Of a stretch of DNA of 64,000 nt, positions 30,001 through 45,000 are shown in pieces (position 1 is the first letter of the stretch; each line of letters starts with the position of its first letter). Both the position numbers and the translations under genes were made by a program. The notes below the pieces were generated by a model. That model ran no database searches, was not told the DNA's origin, and saw only the letters and a list, made by a program, of their open reading frames with translations. The DNA comes from Eledone cirrhosa (taxonomy: Eukaryota), in assembly GCA_964016885.1 (NCBI GenBank), contig OZ024740.1, forward strand, positions 433,752,001 to 433,816,000. Direction: 5' to 3'.

Positions 30001-33000
30001 GCAAGTGTATCAGTTGACCACCTAGTGTGTCAGTTGACCACCTAGTGTGTCAGTTGACCACCAAGTGTGTCAGTTGAAAACCAAGTGTGTCAGTTGACCA
30101 CATAGTGTGTCAGTTGACCACCTAGTGTGTCAGTTGACCACCTAGTGTGTCAGTTGACAACCTAGTGTGTCAGTTGAACACCTCGTGTGTCAGTTGACCA
30201 CCAAGTGTGTCAGTTGACCACCTAGTGTGTCAGTTGATCATCAAGTGTGTTAGTTGACCACCTAGTGTGTTAGTTGACCACCTAGTGTGTCAGTTGACCA
30301 CCAAGTGTGTCAGTTGACCACCAAGTGTGTCAGATGACCACCTAGTGCGTCAATTGACCACCTAGTGTGTCAGTTGACCACCTAGTGTGTCAGTTGACAA
30401 CCTAGTGTGTCAGTTGACAACCTAGTGTGTCAGTTGTCCACCTAGTGTGTCAGTTGACCACCTAGTGTGTCAATTGACCACCTAGTGTGTCAGTTGACCA
30501 CCTAATGCGTCAGTTGACCACCAAGTGTGTCAGTTGACAACTAGTGTGTCAGTTGACCACCTAGTGTGTCAGTTGACCACCTAGTGTGTCAGTTGACAAC
30601 CTAGTGTGTCAGTTGACCACCTAGTGTCAGTTGACCACCTATTGTGTCAGTTGACCACCTAGTGTGTCAGTTGACCACCAAGTGTGTCAGTTGACCACCT
30701 AGTGTGTCACTTGACCACCTAGTGTCAGTTGACCACCTAGTGTGTCAGTTGACCACCTAGTGTGTCAGTTGACCACCTAGTGTGTCAGTTGACAACCTAA
30801 TGTGTCAGTTGACCACCTAGTGTGTCAGTTGACAACCTAGTGTGTCAGTTGACAACCTAGTGTGTCAGTTGACCACCTAGTGTGTCAGTTGACCACCTAG
30901 TGTGTCAGTTGACCACCAAGTGTGTCAGTTGACAACTAGTGTGTCAGTTGACCACCTAGTGTGTCAGTGTTGACCACCAAGTGTGTCAGTTGACCACCTA
31001 GTGTGTCAGTTGACAACCTAGTGTGTTAGTTGACCACCTAGTGTGTCAGTTGACCACCTAGTGTGTCAGTTGACCACCAAGTGTGTCAGTTGACCACCTA
31101 GTGTGTCACTTGACCACCTAGTGTCAGTTGACCACCTAGTGTGTCAGTTGACCACCTAGTGTGTCAGTTGACAACCTAATGTGTCAGTTGACCACCTAGT
31201 GTGTCAGTTGACAACCTAGTGTGTCAGTTGACCACCTAGTGTGTCAGTTGACCACCTAGTGTGTCAGTTTACCATCTAGTGCGTCAATTGACCACCTAGT
31301 GTGTCAGTTGAACACCTAGTGTGTCAGTTGACCACCTAGTGTGTCAGTTGACCACCTAGTGTGTCAGTTGACAACCTAGTGTGTCAGTTGACAACCTAGT
31401 GTGTCAGTTGACCACCTAGTGTGTCAGTTGACCACCAAGTGTGTCAGTGTTGACCACCAAGTGTGTCAGTTGACCACCTAGTGTGTCAGTTGACAACCTA
31501 GTGCGTTAGTTGACCACCTAGTGTGTCAGTTGTCCAGCTAGTGTGTCAGTTGACCACCTAGTGTGTCAGTTGACCACCAATTGTGTCAGTTGACCACCAA
31601 ATGTGTCAGTTGACCACCTAGTGTGTCAGTTTACAACCTAGTGTGTCAGTTGACAACCTAGTGTGTCAGTTGACCACCTAGTGTCAGTTGACCACCTAGT
31701 GTGTCAGTTGACCACCAAGTGTGTCAGTTGACCACCTAGTGTGTCACTTGACCACCTAGTGTCAGTTGACCACCTAGTGTGTCAGTTGACCACCTAGTGT
31801 GTCAGTTGACCACCAAGTGTGTCAGTTGACAACTAGTGTGTCAGTTGACCACCTAGTGTGTCAGTGTTGACCACCAAGTGTGTCAGTTGACCACCTAGTG
31901 TGTCAGTTGACAACCTAGTGTGTTAGTTGACCACCTAGTGTGTCAGTTGACCACCTAGTGTGTCAGTTGACCACCAAGTGTGTCAGTTGACCACCTAGTG
32001 TGTCACTTGACCACCTAGTGTCAGTTGACCACCTAGTGTGTCAGTTGACCACCTAGTGTGTCAGTTGACAACTAGTGTGTCAGTTGACCACCTAGTGTGT
32101 CAGTTGACCACCTAGTGTGTCAGTTGACAACCTAGTGTGTCAGTTGACCACCTAGTGTCAGTTGACCACCTATTGTGTCAGTTGACCACCTAGTGTGTCA
32201 GTTGACCACCAAGTGTGTCAGTTGACCACCTAGTGTGTCACTTGACCACCTAGTGTCAGTTGACCACCTAGTGTGTCAGTTGACCACCTAGTGTGTCAGT
32301 TGACCACCTAGTGTGTCAGTTGACAACCTAATGTGTCAGTTGACCACCTAGTGTGTCAGTTGACAACCTAGTGTGTCAGTTGACCACCCAGTGTGTCAGT
32401 TGACCACCTAGTGTGTCAGTTGACCACCTAGTGCGTCAATTGACCACCTAGTGTGTCAGTTGAACACCTAGTATGTCAGTTGACCACCTAGTGTGTCAGT
32501 TGACCACCTAGTGTGTCAGTTGACAACCTAGTGTGTCAGTTGACAACCTAGTGTGTCAGTTGACCACCTAGTGTGTCAGTTGACCACCTAGTGTGTCAGT
32601 TGACCACCAAGTGTGTCAGTTGACAACTAGTGTGTCAGTTGACCACCTAGTGTGTCAGTGTTGACCACCAAGTGTGTCAGTTGACCACCTAGTGTGTCAG
32701 TTGACAACCTAGTGTGTTAGTTGACCACCTAGTGTGTCAGTTGACCACCTAGTGTGTCAGTTGACCACCAAGTGTGTCAGTTGACCACCTAGTGTGTCAC
32801 TTGACCACCTAGTGTCAGTTGACCACCTAGTGTGTCAGTTGACCACCTAGTGTGTCAGTTGACAACCTAATGTGTCAGTTGACCACCTAGTGTGTCAGTT
32901 GACAACCTAGTGTGTCAGTTGACCACCTAGTGTGTCAGTTGACCACCTAGTGTGTCAGTTTACCATCTAGTGCGTCAATTGACCACCTAGTGTGTCAGTT

Positions 33001-36000
33001 GAACACCTAGTGTGTCAGTTGACCACCTAGTGTGTCAGTTGACCACCTAGTGTGTCAGTTGACAACCTAGTGTGTCAGTTGACAACCTAGTGTGTCAGTT
33101 GACCACCTAGTGTGTCAGTTGACCACCAAGTGTGTCAGTGTTGACCACCAAGTGTGTCAGTTGACCACCTAGTGTGTCAGTTGACAACCTAGTGCGTTAG
33201 TTGACCACCTAGTGTGTCAGTTGTCCAGCTAGTGTGTCAGTTGACCACCTAGTGTGTCAGTTGACCACCAATTGTGTCAGTTGACCACCAAATGTGTCAG
33301 TTGACCACCTAGTGTGTCAGTTTACAACCTAGTGTGTCAGTTGACAACCTAGTGTGTCAGTTGACCACCTAGTGTCAGTTGACCACCTAGTGTGTCAGTT
33401 GAACACCTAGTGTGTCAGTTGACCACCTAGTGTGTCAGTTGACCACCTAGTGTGTCAGTTGACAACCTAGTGTGTCAGTTGACAACCTAGTGTGTCAGTT
33501 GACCACCTAGTGTGTCAGTTGACCACCAAGTGTGTCAGTGTTGACCACCAAGTGTGTCAGTTGACCACCTAGTGTGTCAGTTGACAACCTAGTGCGTTAG
33601 TTGACCACCTAGTGTGTCAGTTGTCCAGCTAGTGTGTCAGTTGACCACCTAGTGTGTCAGTTGACCACCAATTGTGTCAGTTGACCACCAAATGTGTCAG
33701 TTGACCACCTAGTGTGTCAGTTTACAACCTAGTGTGTCAGTTGACAACCTAGTGTGTCAGTTGACCACCTAGTGTCAGTTGACCACCTAGTGTGTCAGTT
33801 GACCACCAAGTGTGTCAGTTGACCACCTAGTGTGTCACTTGACCACCTAGTGTCAGTTGACCACCTAGTGTGTCAGTTGACCACCTAGTGTGTCAGTTGA
33901 CCACCAAGTGTGTCAGTTGACAACTAGTGTGTCAGTTGACCACCTAGTGTGTGAGTGTTGACCACCAAGTGTGTCAGTTGACCACCTAGTGTGTCAGTTG
34001 ACAACCTAGTGTGTTAGTTGACCACCTAGTGTGTCAGTTGACCACCTAGTGTGTCAGTTGACCACCAAGTGTGTCAGTTGACCACCTAGTGTGTCACTTG
34101 ACCACCTAGTGTCAGTTGACCACCTAGTGTGTCAGTTGACCACCTAGTGTGTCAGTTGACAACTAGTGTGTCAGTTGACCACCTAGTGTGTCAGTTGACC
34201 ACCTAGTGTGTCAGTTGACAACCTAGTGTGTCAGTTGACCACCTAGTGTCAGTTGACCACCTATTGTGTCAGTTGACCACCTAGTGTGTCAGCTGACCAC
34301 CAAGTGTGTCAGTTGACCACCTAGTGTGTCACTTGACCACCTAGTGTCAGTTGACCACCTAGTGTGTCAGTTGACCACCTAGTGTGTCAGTTGACCACCT
34401 AGTGTGTCAGTTGACAACCTAATGTGTCAGTTGACCACCTAGTGTGTCAGTTGACAACCTAGTGTGTCAGTTGACCACCCAGTGTGTCAGTTGACCACCT
34501 AGTGTGTCAGTTGACCACCTAGTGCGTCAATTGACCACCTAGTGTGTCAGTTGAACACCTAGTATGTCAGTTGACCACCTAGTGTGTCAGTTGACCACCT
34601 AGTGTGTCAGTTGACAACCTAGTGTGTCAGTTGACAACCTAGTGTGTCAGTTGACCACCTAGTGTGTCAGTTGACCACCTAGTGTGTCAGTTGACCACCT
34701 AGTGTGTCAGTTGACCACCAAGTGTGTCAGTTGACAACTAGTGTGTCAGTTGACCACCTAGTGTGTCAGTGTTGACCACCAAGTGTGTCAGTTGACCACC
34801 TAGTGTGTCAGTTGACAACCTAGTGTGTTAGTTGACCACCTAGTGTGTCAGTTGACCACCTAGTGTGTCAGTTGACCACCAAGTGTGTCAGTTGACCACC
34901 TAGTGTGTCACTTGACCACCTAGTGTCAGTTGACCACCTAGTGTGTCAGTTGACCACCTAGTGTGTCAGTTGACAACCTAATGTGTCAGTTGACCACCTA
35001 GTGTGTCAGTTGACAACCTAGTGTGTCAGTTGACCACCTAGTGTGTCAGTTGACCACCTAGTGTGTCAGTTTACCATCTAGTGCGTCAATTGACCACCTA
35101 GTGTGTCAGTTGAACACCTAGTGTGTCAGTTGACCACCTAGTGTGTCAGTTGACCACCTAGTGTGTCAGTTGACAACCTAGTGTGTCAGTTGACAACCTA
35201 GTGTGTCAGTTGACCACCTAGTGTGTCAGTTGACCACCAAGTGTGTCAGTGTTGACCACCAAGTGTGTCAGTTGACCACCTAGTGTGTCAGTTGACAACC
35301 TAGTGCGTTAGTTGACCACCTAGTGTGTCAGTTGTCCAGCTAGTGTGTCAGTTGACCACCTAGTGTGTCAGTTGACCACCAATTGTGTCAGTTGACCACC
35401 AAATGTGTCAGTTGACCACCTAGTGTGTCAGTTTACAACCTAGTGTGTCAGTTGACAACCTAGTGTGTCAGTTGACCACCTAGTGTCAGTTGACCACCTA
35501 GTGTGTCAGTTGACCACCAAGTGTGTCAGTTGACCACCTAGTGTGTCACTTGACCACCTAGTGTCAGTTGACCACCTAGTGTGTCAGTTGACCACGTAGT
35601 GCGTCAGTTGACCACCTAGTGTGTCAGTTGACAAACTAATGTGTCAGTTGACCACCTAGTGTGTCACTTGACCACCTAGTGTCAGTTGACCACCTAGTGT
35701 GTCAATTGACCACCTAGTGTGTCAGTTGATCATCAAGTGTGTCAGTTGACCACCTAGTGTGTCAGTTGACCACCTAGTGTGTCAGTTGACAACCTAGTGT
35801 GTCAGTTGACCACCTAGTGTGTCAGTTGACAACCAAGTGTGTCAGTTGACCACCTAGTGCGTCAATTGACCACCTAGTGTGTCAGTTGAACACCTAGTGT
35901 GTCAGTTGACCACCTAGTTTGTCAGTTGACCACCTAGTGTGTCAGTTGACAACCTAGTGTGTCAGTTGACAACCTAGTGTGTCAGTTGACCACCTACTGT

Positions 36001-39000
36001 CAGTTGACCACCTATTGTGTCAGTTCACCACCTAGTGTGTCAGTTGACCACCAAGTGTGTCAGTTGACCACCTAGTGTGTCACTTGACCACCTAGTGTCA
36101 GTTGACCACCTATTGTGTCAATTGACCACCTAGTGTGTCAGTTGATCATCAAGTGTGTCAGTTGACCACCTAGTGTGTCAGTTGACCACCTAATGTGTCA
36201 GTTGACAACCTAGTGTGTCAGTTGACCACCTAGTGTGTCAGTTGACAACCTAGTGTGTCAGTTGACCACCTAGTGCGTCAATTGACCACCTAGTGTGTCA
36301 GTTGAACACCTAGTGTGTCAGTTGACCACCTAGTTTGTCAGTTGACCACCTAGTGTGTCAGTTGACAACCTAGTGTGTCAGTTGACAACCTAGTGTGCCA
36401 GTTGACCACCTAGTGTGTCAGTTGACAACCTAACCTGTCGGTTGAGAACCTAGTGTGTCAGTTGACCACCTAGTGTGTCAGTTGACCACCTAGTGTGTCA
36501 ATTGACCACCTAGTGTGTCAGTTGATCATCCAGTGTGTCAGTTGACCACCTAGTGTGTCAGTTGAACACCTAGTGTGTCAGTTGACCACCTAGTTTGTCA
36601 GTTGACCACCTAGTGTGTCAGTTGACAACCTAGTGTGTCAGTTGACAACCTAGTGTGTCAGTTGACCACCTAGTGTGTCAGTTGACAACCTAGTGTGTCG
36701 GTTGAGAACCTAGTGTGTCAGTTAACCACCTAGTGTGTCAGTTGACCACCAAGTGTGTCAGTTGACCACCTAGTGTGTCAGTTGACAACCTAGTGCGTTA
36801 GTTGACCACCTAGTGTGTCAGTTGACCACCTAGTGTGTCAGTTGACCACCTAGTGTGTCAGTTGACACCAATTGTGTCAGTTGACCACCAAGTGTGTCAG
36901 TTGACCACCTAGTGTGTCAGTTTACAACCTAGTGTGTCAGTTGACAACCTAGTGTGTCAGTTGACCACCTAGTGTCAGTTGACCACCTAGTGTGTCAGTT
37001 GACCACCAAGTGTGTCAGTTGACCACCTAGTGTGTCACTTGACCACCTTGTGTCAGTTGACCACCTATTGTGTCAGTTGACCACCTAGTGTGTCAGTTGA
37101 CCACCAAGTGTGTCAGTTGACCACCTAGTGTGTCACTTGACCACCTAGTGTCAGTTGACCACCTAGTGTGTCAGTTGACCACCTAGTGTGTCAGTTGACC
37201 ACCTAGTGTGTCAGTTGACAACCTAATGTGTCAGTTGACCACCTAGTGTGTCACTTGACCACCTAGTGTCAGTTGACCACCTAGTGTGTCAATTGACCAC
37301 CTAGTGTGTCAGTTGATCATCAAGTGTGTCAGTTGACCACCTAGTGTGTCAGTTGACCACCTAGTGTGTCAGTTGACAACCTAGTGTGTCAGTTGACCAC
37401 CTAGTGTGTCAGTTGACAACCTAGTGTGTCAGTTGACCACCTAGTGCGTCAATTGACCACCTAGTGTGTCAGTTGAACACCTAGTGTTTCAGTTGACCAC
37501 CTTGTTTGTCAGTTGACCACCTAGTGTGTCAGTTGACAACCTAGTGTGTCAGTTGACAACCTAGTGCGTCAGTTGACCACCTAGTGTGTCAGTTGACAAC
37601 CTAGTGTGTCGGTTGAGAACCTAGTGTGTCAGTTGACCACCTAGTGTGTCAGTTGACCACCTAGTGTGTCAATTGACCACCTAGTGTGTCAGTTGATCAT
37701 CCAGTGTGTCAGTTGACCACCTAGTGTGTCAGTTGAACACCTAGTGTGTCAGTTGACCACCTAGTTTGTCAGTTGACCACCTAGTGTGTCAGTTGACAAC
37801 CTAGTGTGTCAGTTGACAACCTAGTGTGTCAGTTGACCACCTAGTGTGTCAGTTGACAACCTAGTGTGTCGGTTGAGAACCTAATGTGTCAGTTGAACAC
37901 CTAGTGTGTCAGTTGAACACCAAGTGTGTCAGTTGACCACCTAGTGTGTCAGTTGAACACCTAGTGTGTCAGTTGACCACCTAGTGTGTCAGTTGAACAC
38001 CTAGTGTGTCAGTTGAACACCTAGTGTGTCAGTTGACCACCTAGTGTATCAGTTGATCAGCAAGTGTGTTAGTTGACCACCTAGTGTGTCAGTTGACCAC
38101 CTAGTGTGTCAGTTGACCACCAAGTGTGTCAGTTGAAAACCAAGTGTGTCAGTTGACCACATAGTGTGTCAGTTGACCACCTAGTGTGTCAGTTGACAAC
38201 CAAGTGTGTCAGTTGACCACCTAGTGCGTCAATTGACCACCTAGTGTGTCAGTTGAACACCTAGTGTGTCAGTTGACCACCTAGTTTGTCAGTTGACCAC
38301 CTAGTGTGTCAGTTGACAACCTAGTGTGTCAGTTGACAACCTAGTGTGTCAGTTGACCACCTAGTGTGTCAGTTGACAACCTAGTGTGTCAGTTGACAAC
38401 CTAGTGTGTCAGTTGTCCACCTAGTGTGTCAGTTGACCACCTAGTGTCAGTTGACCACCTAGTGTGTCAGTTGACCACCTAGTGTGTCAGTTGACCACCT
38501 AGTGTGTCAGTTGACCACCTAGTGTGTCAATTGACCACCTAGTGTGTCAGTTGACCACCTAGTGCGTCAGTTGACCACCAAGTGTGTCAGTTGACAACTA
38601 GTGTGTCAGTTGACCACCTAGTGTGTCAGTTGACCACCTAGTGTGTCAGTTGACAACCTAGTGTGTCAGTTGACCACCTAGTGTCAGTTGACCACCTATT
38701 GTGTCAGTTGACCACCTAGTGTGTCAGTTGACAACCAAGTGTGTCAGTTGACCACCTAGTGTGTCACTTGACCACCTAGTGTGTCAGTTGACCACCTAGT
38801 GTGTCAGTTGACCACCTAGTGTGTCAGTTGACAACCTAATGTGTCAGTTGACCACCTAGTGTGTCAGTTGACAACCTAGTGTGTCAGTTGACCACCCAGT
38901 GTGTCAGTTGACCACCTAGTGTGTCAGTTGACCACCTAGTGTGTCAGTTGACCACCTAGTGTGTCAGTTGACCACCTAGTGTGTCAGTTGACAACCTAGT

Positions 39001-42000
39001 GTGTCAGTTGACAACCTAGTGTGTCAGTTGACCACCTAGTGTGTCAGTTGACCACCTAGTGTGTCAGTTGACCACCAAGTGTGTCAGTTGACAACTAGTG
39101 TGTCAGTTGACCACCTAGTGTGTCAGTGTTGACCACCAAGTGTGTCAGTTGACCACCTAGTGTGTCAGTTGACAACCTAGTGTGTTAGTTGACCACCTAG
39201 TGTGTCAGTTGACCACCTAGTGTGTCAGTTGACCACCAAGTGTGTCAGTTGACCACCTAGTGTGTCACTTGACCACCTAGTGTCAGTTGACCACCTAGTG
39301 TGTCAGTTGACCACCTAGTGTGTCAGTTGACAACCTAATGTGTCAGTTGACCACCTAGTGTGTCAGTTGACAACCTAGTGTGTCAGTTGACCACCTAGTG
39401 TGTCAGTTGACCACCTAGTGTGTCAGTTTATCACCTAGTGCGTCAATTGACCACCTAGTGTGTCAGTTGAACACCTAGTGTGTCAGTTGACCACCTAGTG
39501 TGTCAGTTGACCACCTAGTGTGTCAGTTGACAACCTAGTGTGTCAGTTGACAACCTAGTGTGTCAGTTGACCACCTAGTGTGTCAGTTGACCACCAAGTG
39601 TGTCAGTGTTGACCACCAAGTGTGTCAGTTGACCACCTAGTGTGTCAGTTGACAACCTAGTGCGTTAGTTGACCACCTAGTGTGTCAGTTGTCCAGCTAG
39701 TGTGTCAGTTGACCACCTAGTGTGTCAGTTGACCACCAATTGTGTCAGTTGACCACCAAGTTTGTCAGTTGACCACCTAGTGTGTCAGTTTACAACCTAG
39801 TGTGTCAGTTGACAACCTAGTGTGTCAGTTGACCACCTAGTGTCAGTTGACCACCTAGTGTGTCAGTTGACCACCAAGTGTGTCAGTTGACCACCTAGTG
39901 TGTCACTTGACCACCTAGTGTCAGTTGACCACCTAGTGTGTCAGTTGACCACGTAGTGCGTCAGTTGACCACCTAGTGTGTCAGTTGACAAACTAATGTG
40001 TCAGTTGACCACTTAGTGTGTCACTTGACCACCTAGTGTCAGTTGACCACCTAGTGTGTCAATTGACCACCTAGTGTGTCAGTTGATCATCAAGTGTGTC
40101 AGTTGACCACCTAGTGTGTCAGTTGACCACCTAGTGTGTCAGTTGACAACCTAGTGTGTCAGTTGACCACCTAGTGTGTCAGTTGACAACCTAGTGTGTG
40201 AGTTGACCACCTAGTGCGTCAATTGACCACCTAGTGTGTCAGTTGAACACCTAGTGTGTCAGTTGACCACCTAGTTTGTCAGTTGACCACCTAGTGTGTC
40301 AGTTGACAACCTAGTGTGTCAGTTGACAACCTAGTGTGTCAGTTGACCACCTAGTGTGTCAGTTGACAACCTAGTGTGTCAGTTGACCACCTAGTGTCAG
40401 TTGACCACCTATTGTGTCAGTTGACCACCTAGTGTGTCAGTTGACCACCAAGTGTGTCAGTTGACCACCTAGTGCGTCAATTGACCACCTAGTGTGTCAG
40501 TTGAACACCTAGTGTGTCAGTTGACCACCTAGTTTGTCAGTTGACCACCTAGTGTGTCAGTTGACAACCTAGTGTGTCAGTTGACAACCTAGTGTGTCAG
40601 TTGACCACCTAGTGTGTCAGTTGACAACCTAGTGTGTCAGTTGACCACCTACTGTCAGTTGACCACCTATTGTGTCAGTTCACCACCTAGTGTGTCAGTT
40701 GACCACCAAGTGTGTCAGTTGACCACCTAGTGTGTCACTTGACCACCTAGTGTCAGTTGACCACCTATTGTGTCAATTGACCACCTAGTGTGTCAGTTGA
40801 TCATCAAGTGTGTCAGTTGACCACCTAGTGTGTCAGTTGACCACCTAATGTGTCAGTTGACAACCTAGTGTGTCAGTTGACCACCTAGTGTGTCAGTTGA
40901 CAACCTAGTGTGTCAGTTGACCACTTAGTGCGTCAATTGACCACCTAGTGTGTCAGTTGAACACCTAGTGTGTCAGTTGACCACCTAGTTTGTCAGTTGA
41001 CCACCTAGTGTGTCAGTTGACAACCTAGTGTGTCAGTTGACAACCTAGTGTGTCAGTCGACCACCTAGTGTGTCAGTTGACAACCTAACGTGTCGGTTGA
41101 GAACCTAGTGTGTCAGTTGATCACCTAGTGTGTCAGTTGACCACCTAGTGTGTAAATTGACCACCTAGTGTGTCAGTTGATCATCCAGTGTGTCAGTTGG
41201 CCACCTAGTGTGTCAGTTGAACACCTAGTGTGTCAGTTGACCACCTAGTTTGTCAGTTGACCACCTAGTGTGTCAGTTGACAACCTAGTGTGTCAGTTGA
41301 CAACCTAGTGTGTCAGTTGACCACCTAGTGTGTCAGTTGACAACCTAGTGTGTCGGTTGAGAACCTAGTGTGTCAGTTAACCACCTAGTGTGTCAGTTGA
41401 CCACCAAGTGTGTCAGTTGACCACCTAGTGTGTCAGTTGACAACCTAGTGCGTTAGTTGACCACCTAGTGTGTCAGTTGACCACCTAGTGTGTCAGTTGA
41501 CCACCTAGTGTGTCAGTTGACCACCAATTGTGTCAGTTGACCACCAAGTGTGTCAGTTGACCACCTAGTGTGTCAGTTTACAACCTAGTGTGTCAGTTGA
41601 CAACCTAGTGTGTCAGTTGACCACCTAGTGTCAGTTGACCACCTAGTGTGTCAGTTGACCACCAAGTGTGTCAGTTGACCACCTAGTGTGTCACTTGACC
41701 ACCTAGTGTCAGTTGACCACCTATTGTGTCAGTTGACCACCTAGTGTGTCAGTTGACCACCAAGTGTGTCAGTTGACCACCTAGTGTGTCACTTGACCAC
41801 CTAGTGTCAGTTGACCACCTAGTGTGTCAGTTGACCACCTAGTGTGTCAGTTGACCACCTAGTGTGTCAGTTGACAACCTAATGTGTCAGTTGACCACCT
41901 AGTGTGTCACTTGACCACCTAGTGTCAGTTGACCACCTAGTGTGTCAATTGACCACCTAGTGTGTCAGTTGATCATCAAGTGTGTCAGTTGACCACCTAG

Positions 42001-45000
42001 TGTGTCAGTTGACCACCTAGTGTGTCAGTTGACAACCTAGTGTGTCAGTTGACCACCTAGTGTGTCAGTTGACAACCTAGTGTGTCAGTTGACCACCTAG
42101 TGCGTCAATTGACCACCTAGTGTGTCAGTTGAACACCTAGTGTTTCAGTTGACCACCTAGTTTGTCAGTTGACCACCTAGTGTGTCAGTTGACAACCTAG
42201 TGTGTCAGTTGACAACCTAGTGCGTCAGTTGACCACCTAGTGTGTCAGTTGACAACCTAGTGTGTCGGTTGAGAACCTAGTGTGTCAATTGACCACCTAG
42301 TGTGTCAGTTGACCACCTAGTGTGTCAGTTGACCACCTAGTGTGTCAGTTGATCATCCAGTGTGTCAGTTGACCACCTAGTGTGTCAGTTGAACACCTAG
42401 TGTGTCAGTTGACCACCTAGTTTGTCAGTTGACCACCTAGTGTGTCAGTTGACAACCTAGTGTGTCAGTTGACAACCTAGTGTGTCAGTTGACCACCTAG
42501 TGTGTCAGTTGACAACCTAGTGTGTCGGTTGAGAACCTAGTGTGTCAGTTGACCACCTAGTGTGTCAGTTGACCACCAAGTGTGTCAGTTGACCACCTAG
42601 TGTGTCAGTTGACAACCTAGTGCGTTAGTTGACCACCTAGTGTGTCAGTTGACCACCTAGTGTGTCAGTTGACCACCTAGTGTCTCAGTTGACCACCAAT
42701 TGTGTCAGTTGACCACCAAGTGTGTCAGTTGACCACCTAGTGTGTCAGTTTACAACCTAGTGTGTCAGTTGACAACCTAGTGTGTCAGTTGACCACCTAG
42801 TGTCAGTTGACCACATAGTGTGTCAGTTGACCACCAAGTGTGTCAGTTGACCACCTAGTGTGTCACTTGACCACCTAGTGTCAGTTGACCACCTAGTGTG
42901 TCAGTTGACCACCTAGTGTGTCAGGTGACCACCTAGTGTGTCAGTTGACAACCTAATGTGTCAGTTGACCACCTAGTGTGTCACTTGACCACCTAGTGTC
43001 AGTTGACCACCTAGTGTGTCAATTGACCACCTAGTGTGTCAGTTGATCATCAAGTGTGTCAGTTGACCACCTAGTGTGTCAGTTGACCACCTAGTGTGTC
43101 AGTTGACAACCTAGTGTGTCAGTTGACCACCTAGTGTGTCAGTTGACAACCTAGTGAGTCAGTTGACCACCTAGTGCGTCAATTGACCACCTAGTGTGTC
43201 AGTTGAACACCTAGTGTGTCAGTTGACCACCTAGTTTGTCAGTTGACAACCTAGTGTGTCAGTTGACAACCTAGTGTGTCAGTTGACAACCTAGTGCGTT
43301 AGTTGACCACCTAGTGTGTCAGTTGACCACCTAGTGTGTCAGTTGACCACCTAGTGTGTCAGTTGACCACCAATTGTGTCAGTTGACCACCAAGTGTGTC
43401 AGTTGACCAACTAGTGTGTCAGTTTACAACCTAGTGTGTCAGTTGACAACCTAGTGTGTCAGTTGACCACCTAGTGTCAGTTGACCACCTAGTGTGTCAG
43501 TTGACCACCAAGTGTGTCAGTTGACCACCTAGTGTGTCACTTGACCACCTAGTGTCAGTTGGCCACCTAGTGTGTTAGTTGACCACCTAGTGTGTCAGGT
43601 GACCACCTAGTGTGTCAGTTGACAACCTAATGTGTCAGTTGACCACCTAGTGTGTCACTTGACCACCTAGTGTCAGTTGACCACCTAGTGTGTCAATTGA
43701 CCACCTAGTGTGTCAGTTGATCATCAAGTGTGTCAGTTGACCACCTAGTGTGTCAGTTGACCACCTAGTGTGTCAGTTGACAACCTAGTGTGTCAGTTGA
43801 CCACCTAGTGTGTCAGTTGACAACCTAGTGTGTCAGTTGACCACCTAGTGCGTCAATTGACCACCTAGTGTGTCAGTTGAACACCTAGTGTGTCAGTTGA
43901 CCACCTAGTTTGTCAGTTGACAACCTAGTGTGTCAGTTGACAACCTAGTGTGTCAGTTGACCACCTAGTGTGTCAGTTGACAACCTAGTGTGTCAGTTGA
44001 CCACCAAGTGTGTCAGTTGACCACCTAGTGTGTCACTTGACCACCTAGTGTCAGTTGACCACCTATTGTGTCAGTTGACCACCTAGTGTGTCAGTTGACC
44101 ACCAAGTGTGTCAGTTGACCACCTAGTGTGTCACTTGACCACCTAGTGTCAGTTGACCACCTAGTGTGTCAGTTGACCACCTAGTGTGTCAGTTGACCAC
44201 CTAGTGTGTCAGTTGACAACCTAATGTGTCAGTTGACCACCTAGTGTGTCACTTGACCACCTAGTGTCAGTTGACCACCTAGTGTGTCAATTGACCACCT
44301 AGTGTGTCAGTTGATCATCAAGTGTGTCAGTTGACCACCTAGTGTGTCAGTTGACCACCTAGTGTGTCAGTTGACAACCTAGTGTGTCAGTTGACCACCT
44401 AGTGTGTCAGTTGCCAACCTAGTGTGTCAGTTGACCACCTAGTGCGTCAATTGACCACCTAGTGTGTCAGTTGAACACCTAGTGTGTCAGTTGACCACCT
44501 AGTTTGTCAGTTGACCACCTAGTGTGTCAGTTGACAACCTAGTGTGTCAGTTGACAACCTAGTGTGTCAGTTGACCACCTAGTGTGTCAGTTGACAACCT
44601 AGTGTGTCGGTTGAGAACCTAGTGTGTTAGTTGACCACCTAGTGTGTCAGTTGACCACCTAGTGTGTCAATTGACCACCTAGTGTGTCAATTGACCACCT
44701 AGTGTGTCAGTTGATCATCAAGTGTGTCAGTTGACCACCTAGTGTGTCAGTTGACCACCTAGTGTGTCAGTTGACAACCTAGTGAGTCAGTTGACCACCT
44801 AGTGTGTCAGTTGACAACCTAGTGTGTCAGTTGACCACCTAGTGCGTCAATTGACCACCTAGTGTGTCAGTTGAACACCTAGTGTGTCAGTTGACCACCT
44901 AGTTTGTCAGTTGACAACCTAGTGTGTCAGTTGACAACCTAGTGTGTCAGTTGACAACCTAGTGCGTTAGTTGACCACCTAGTGTGTCAGTTGACCACCT

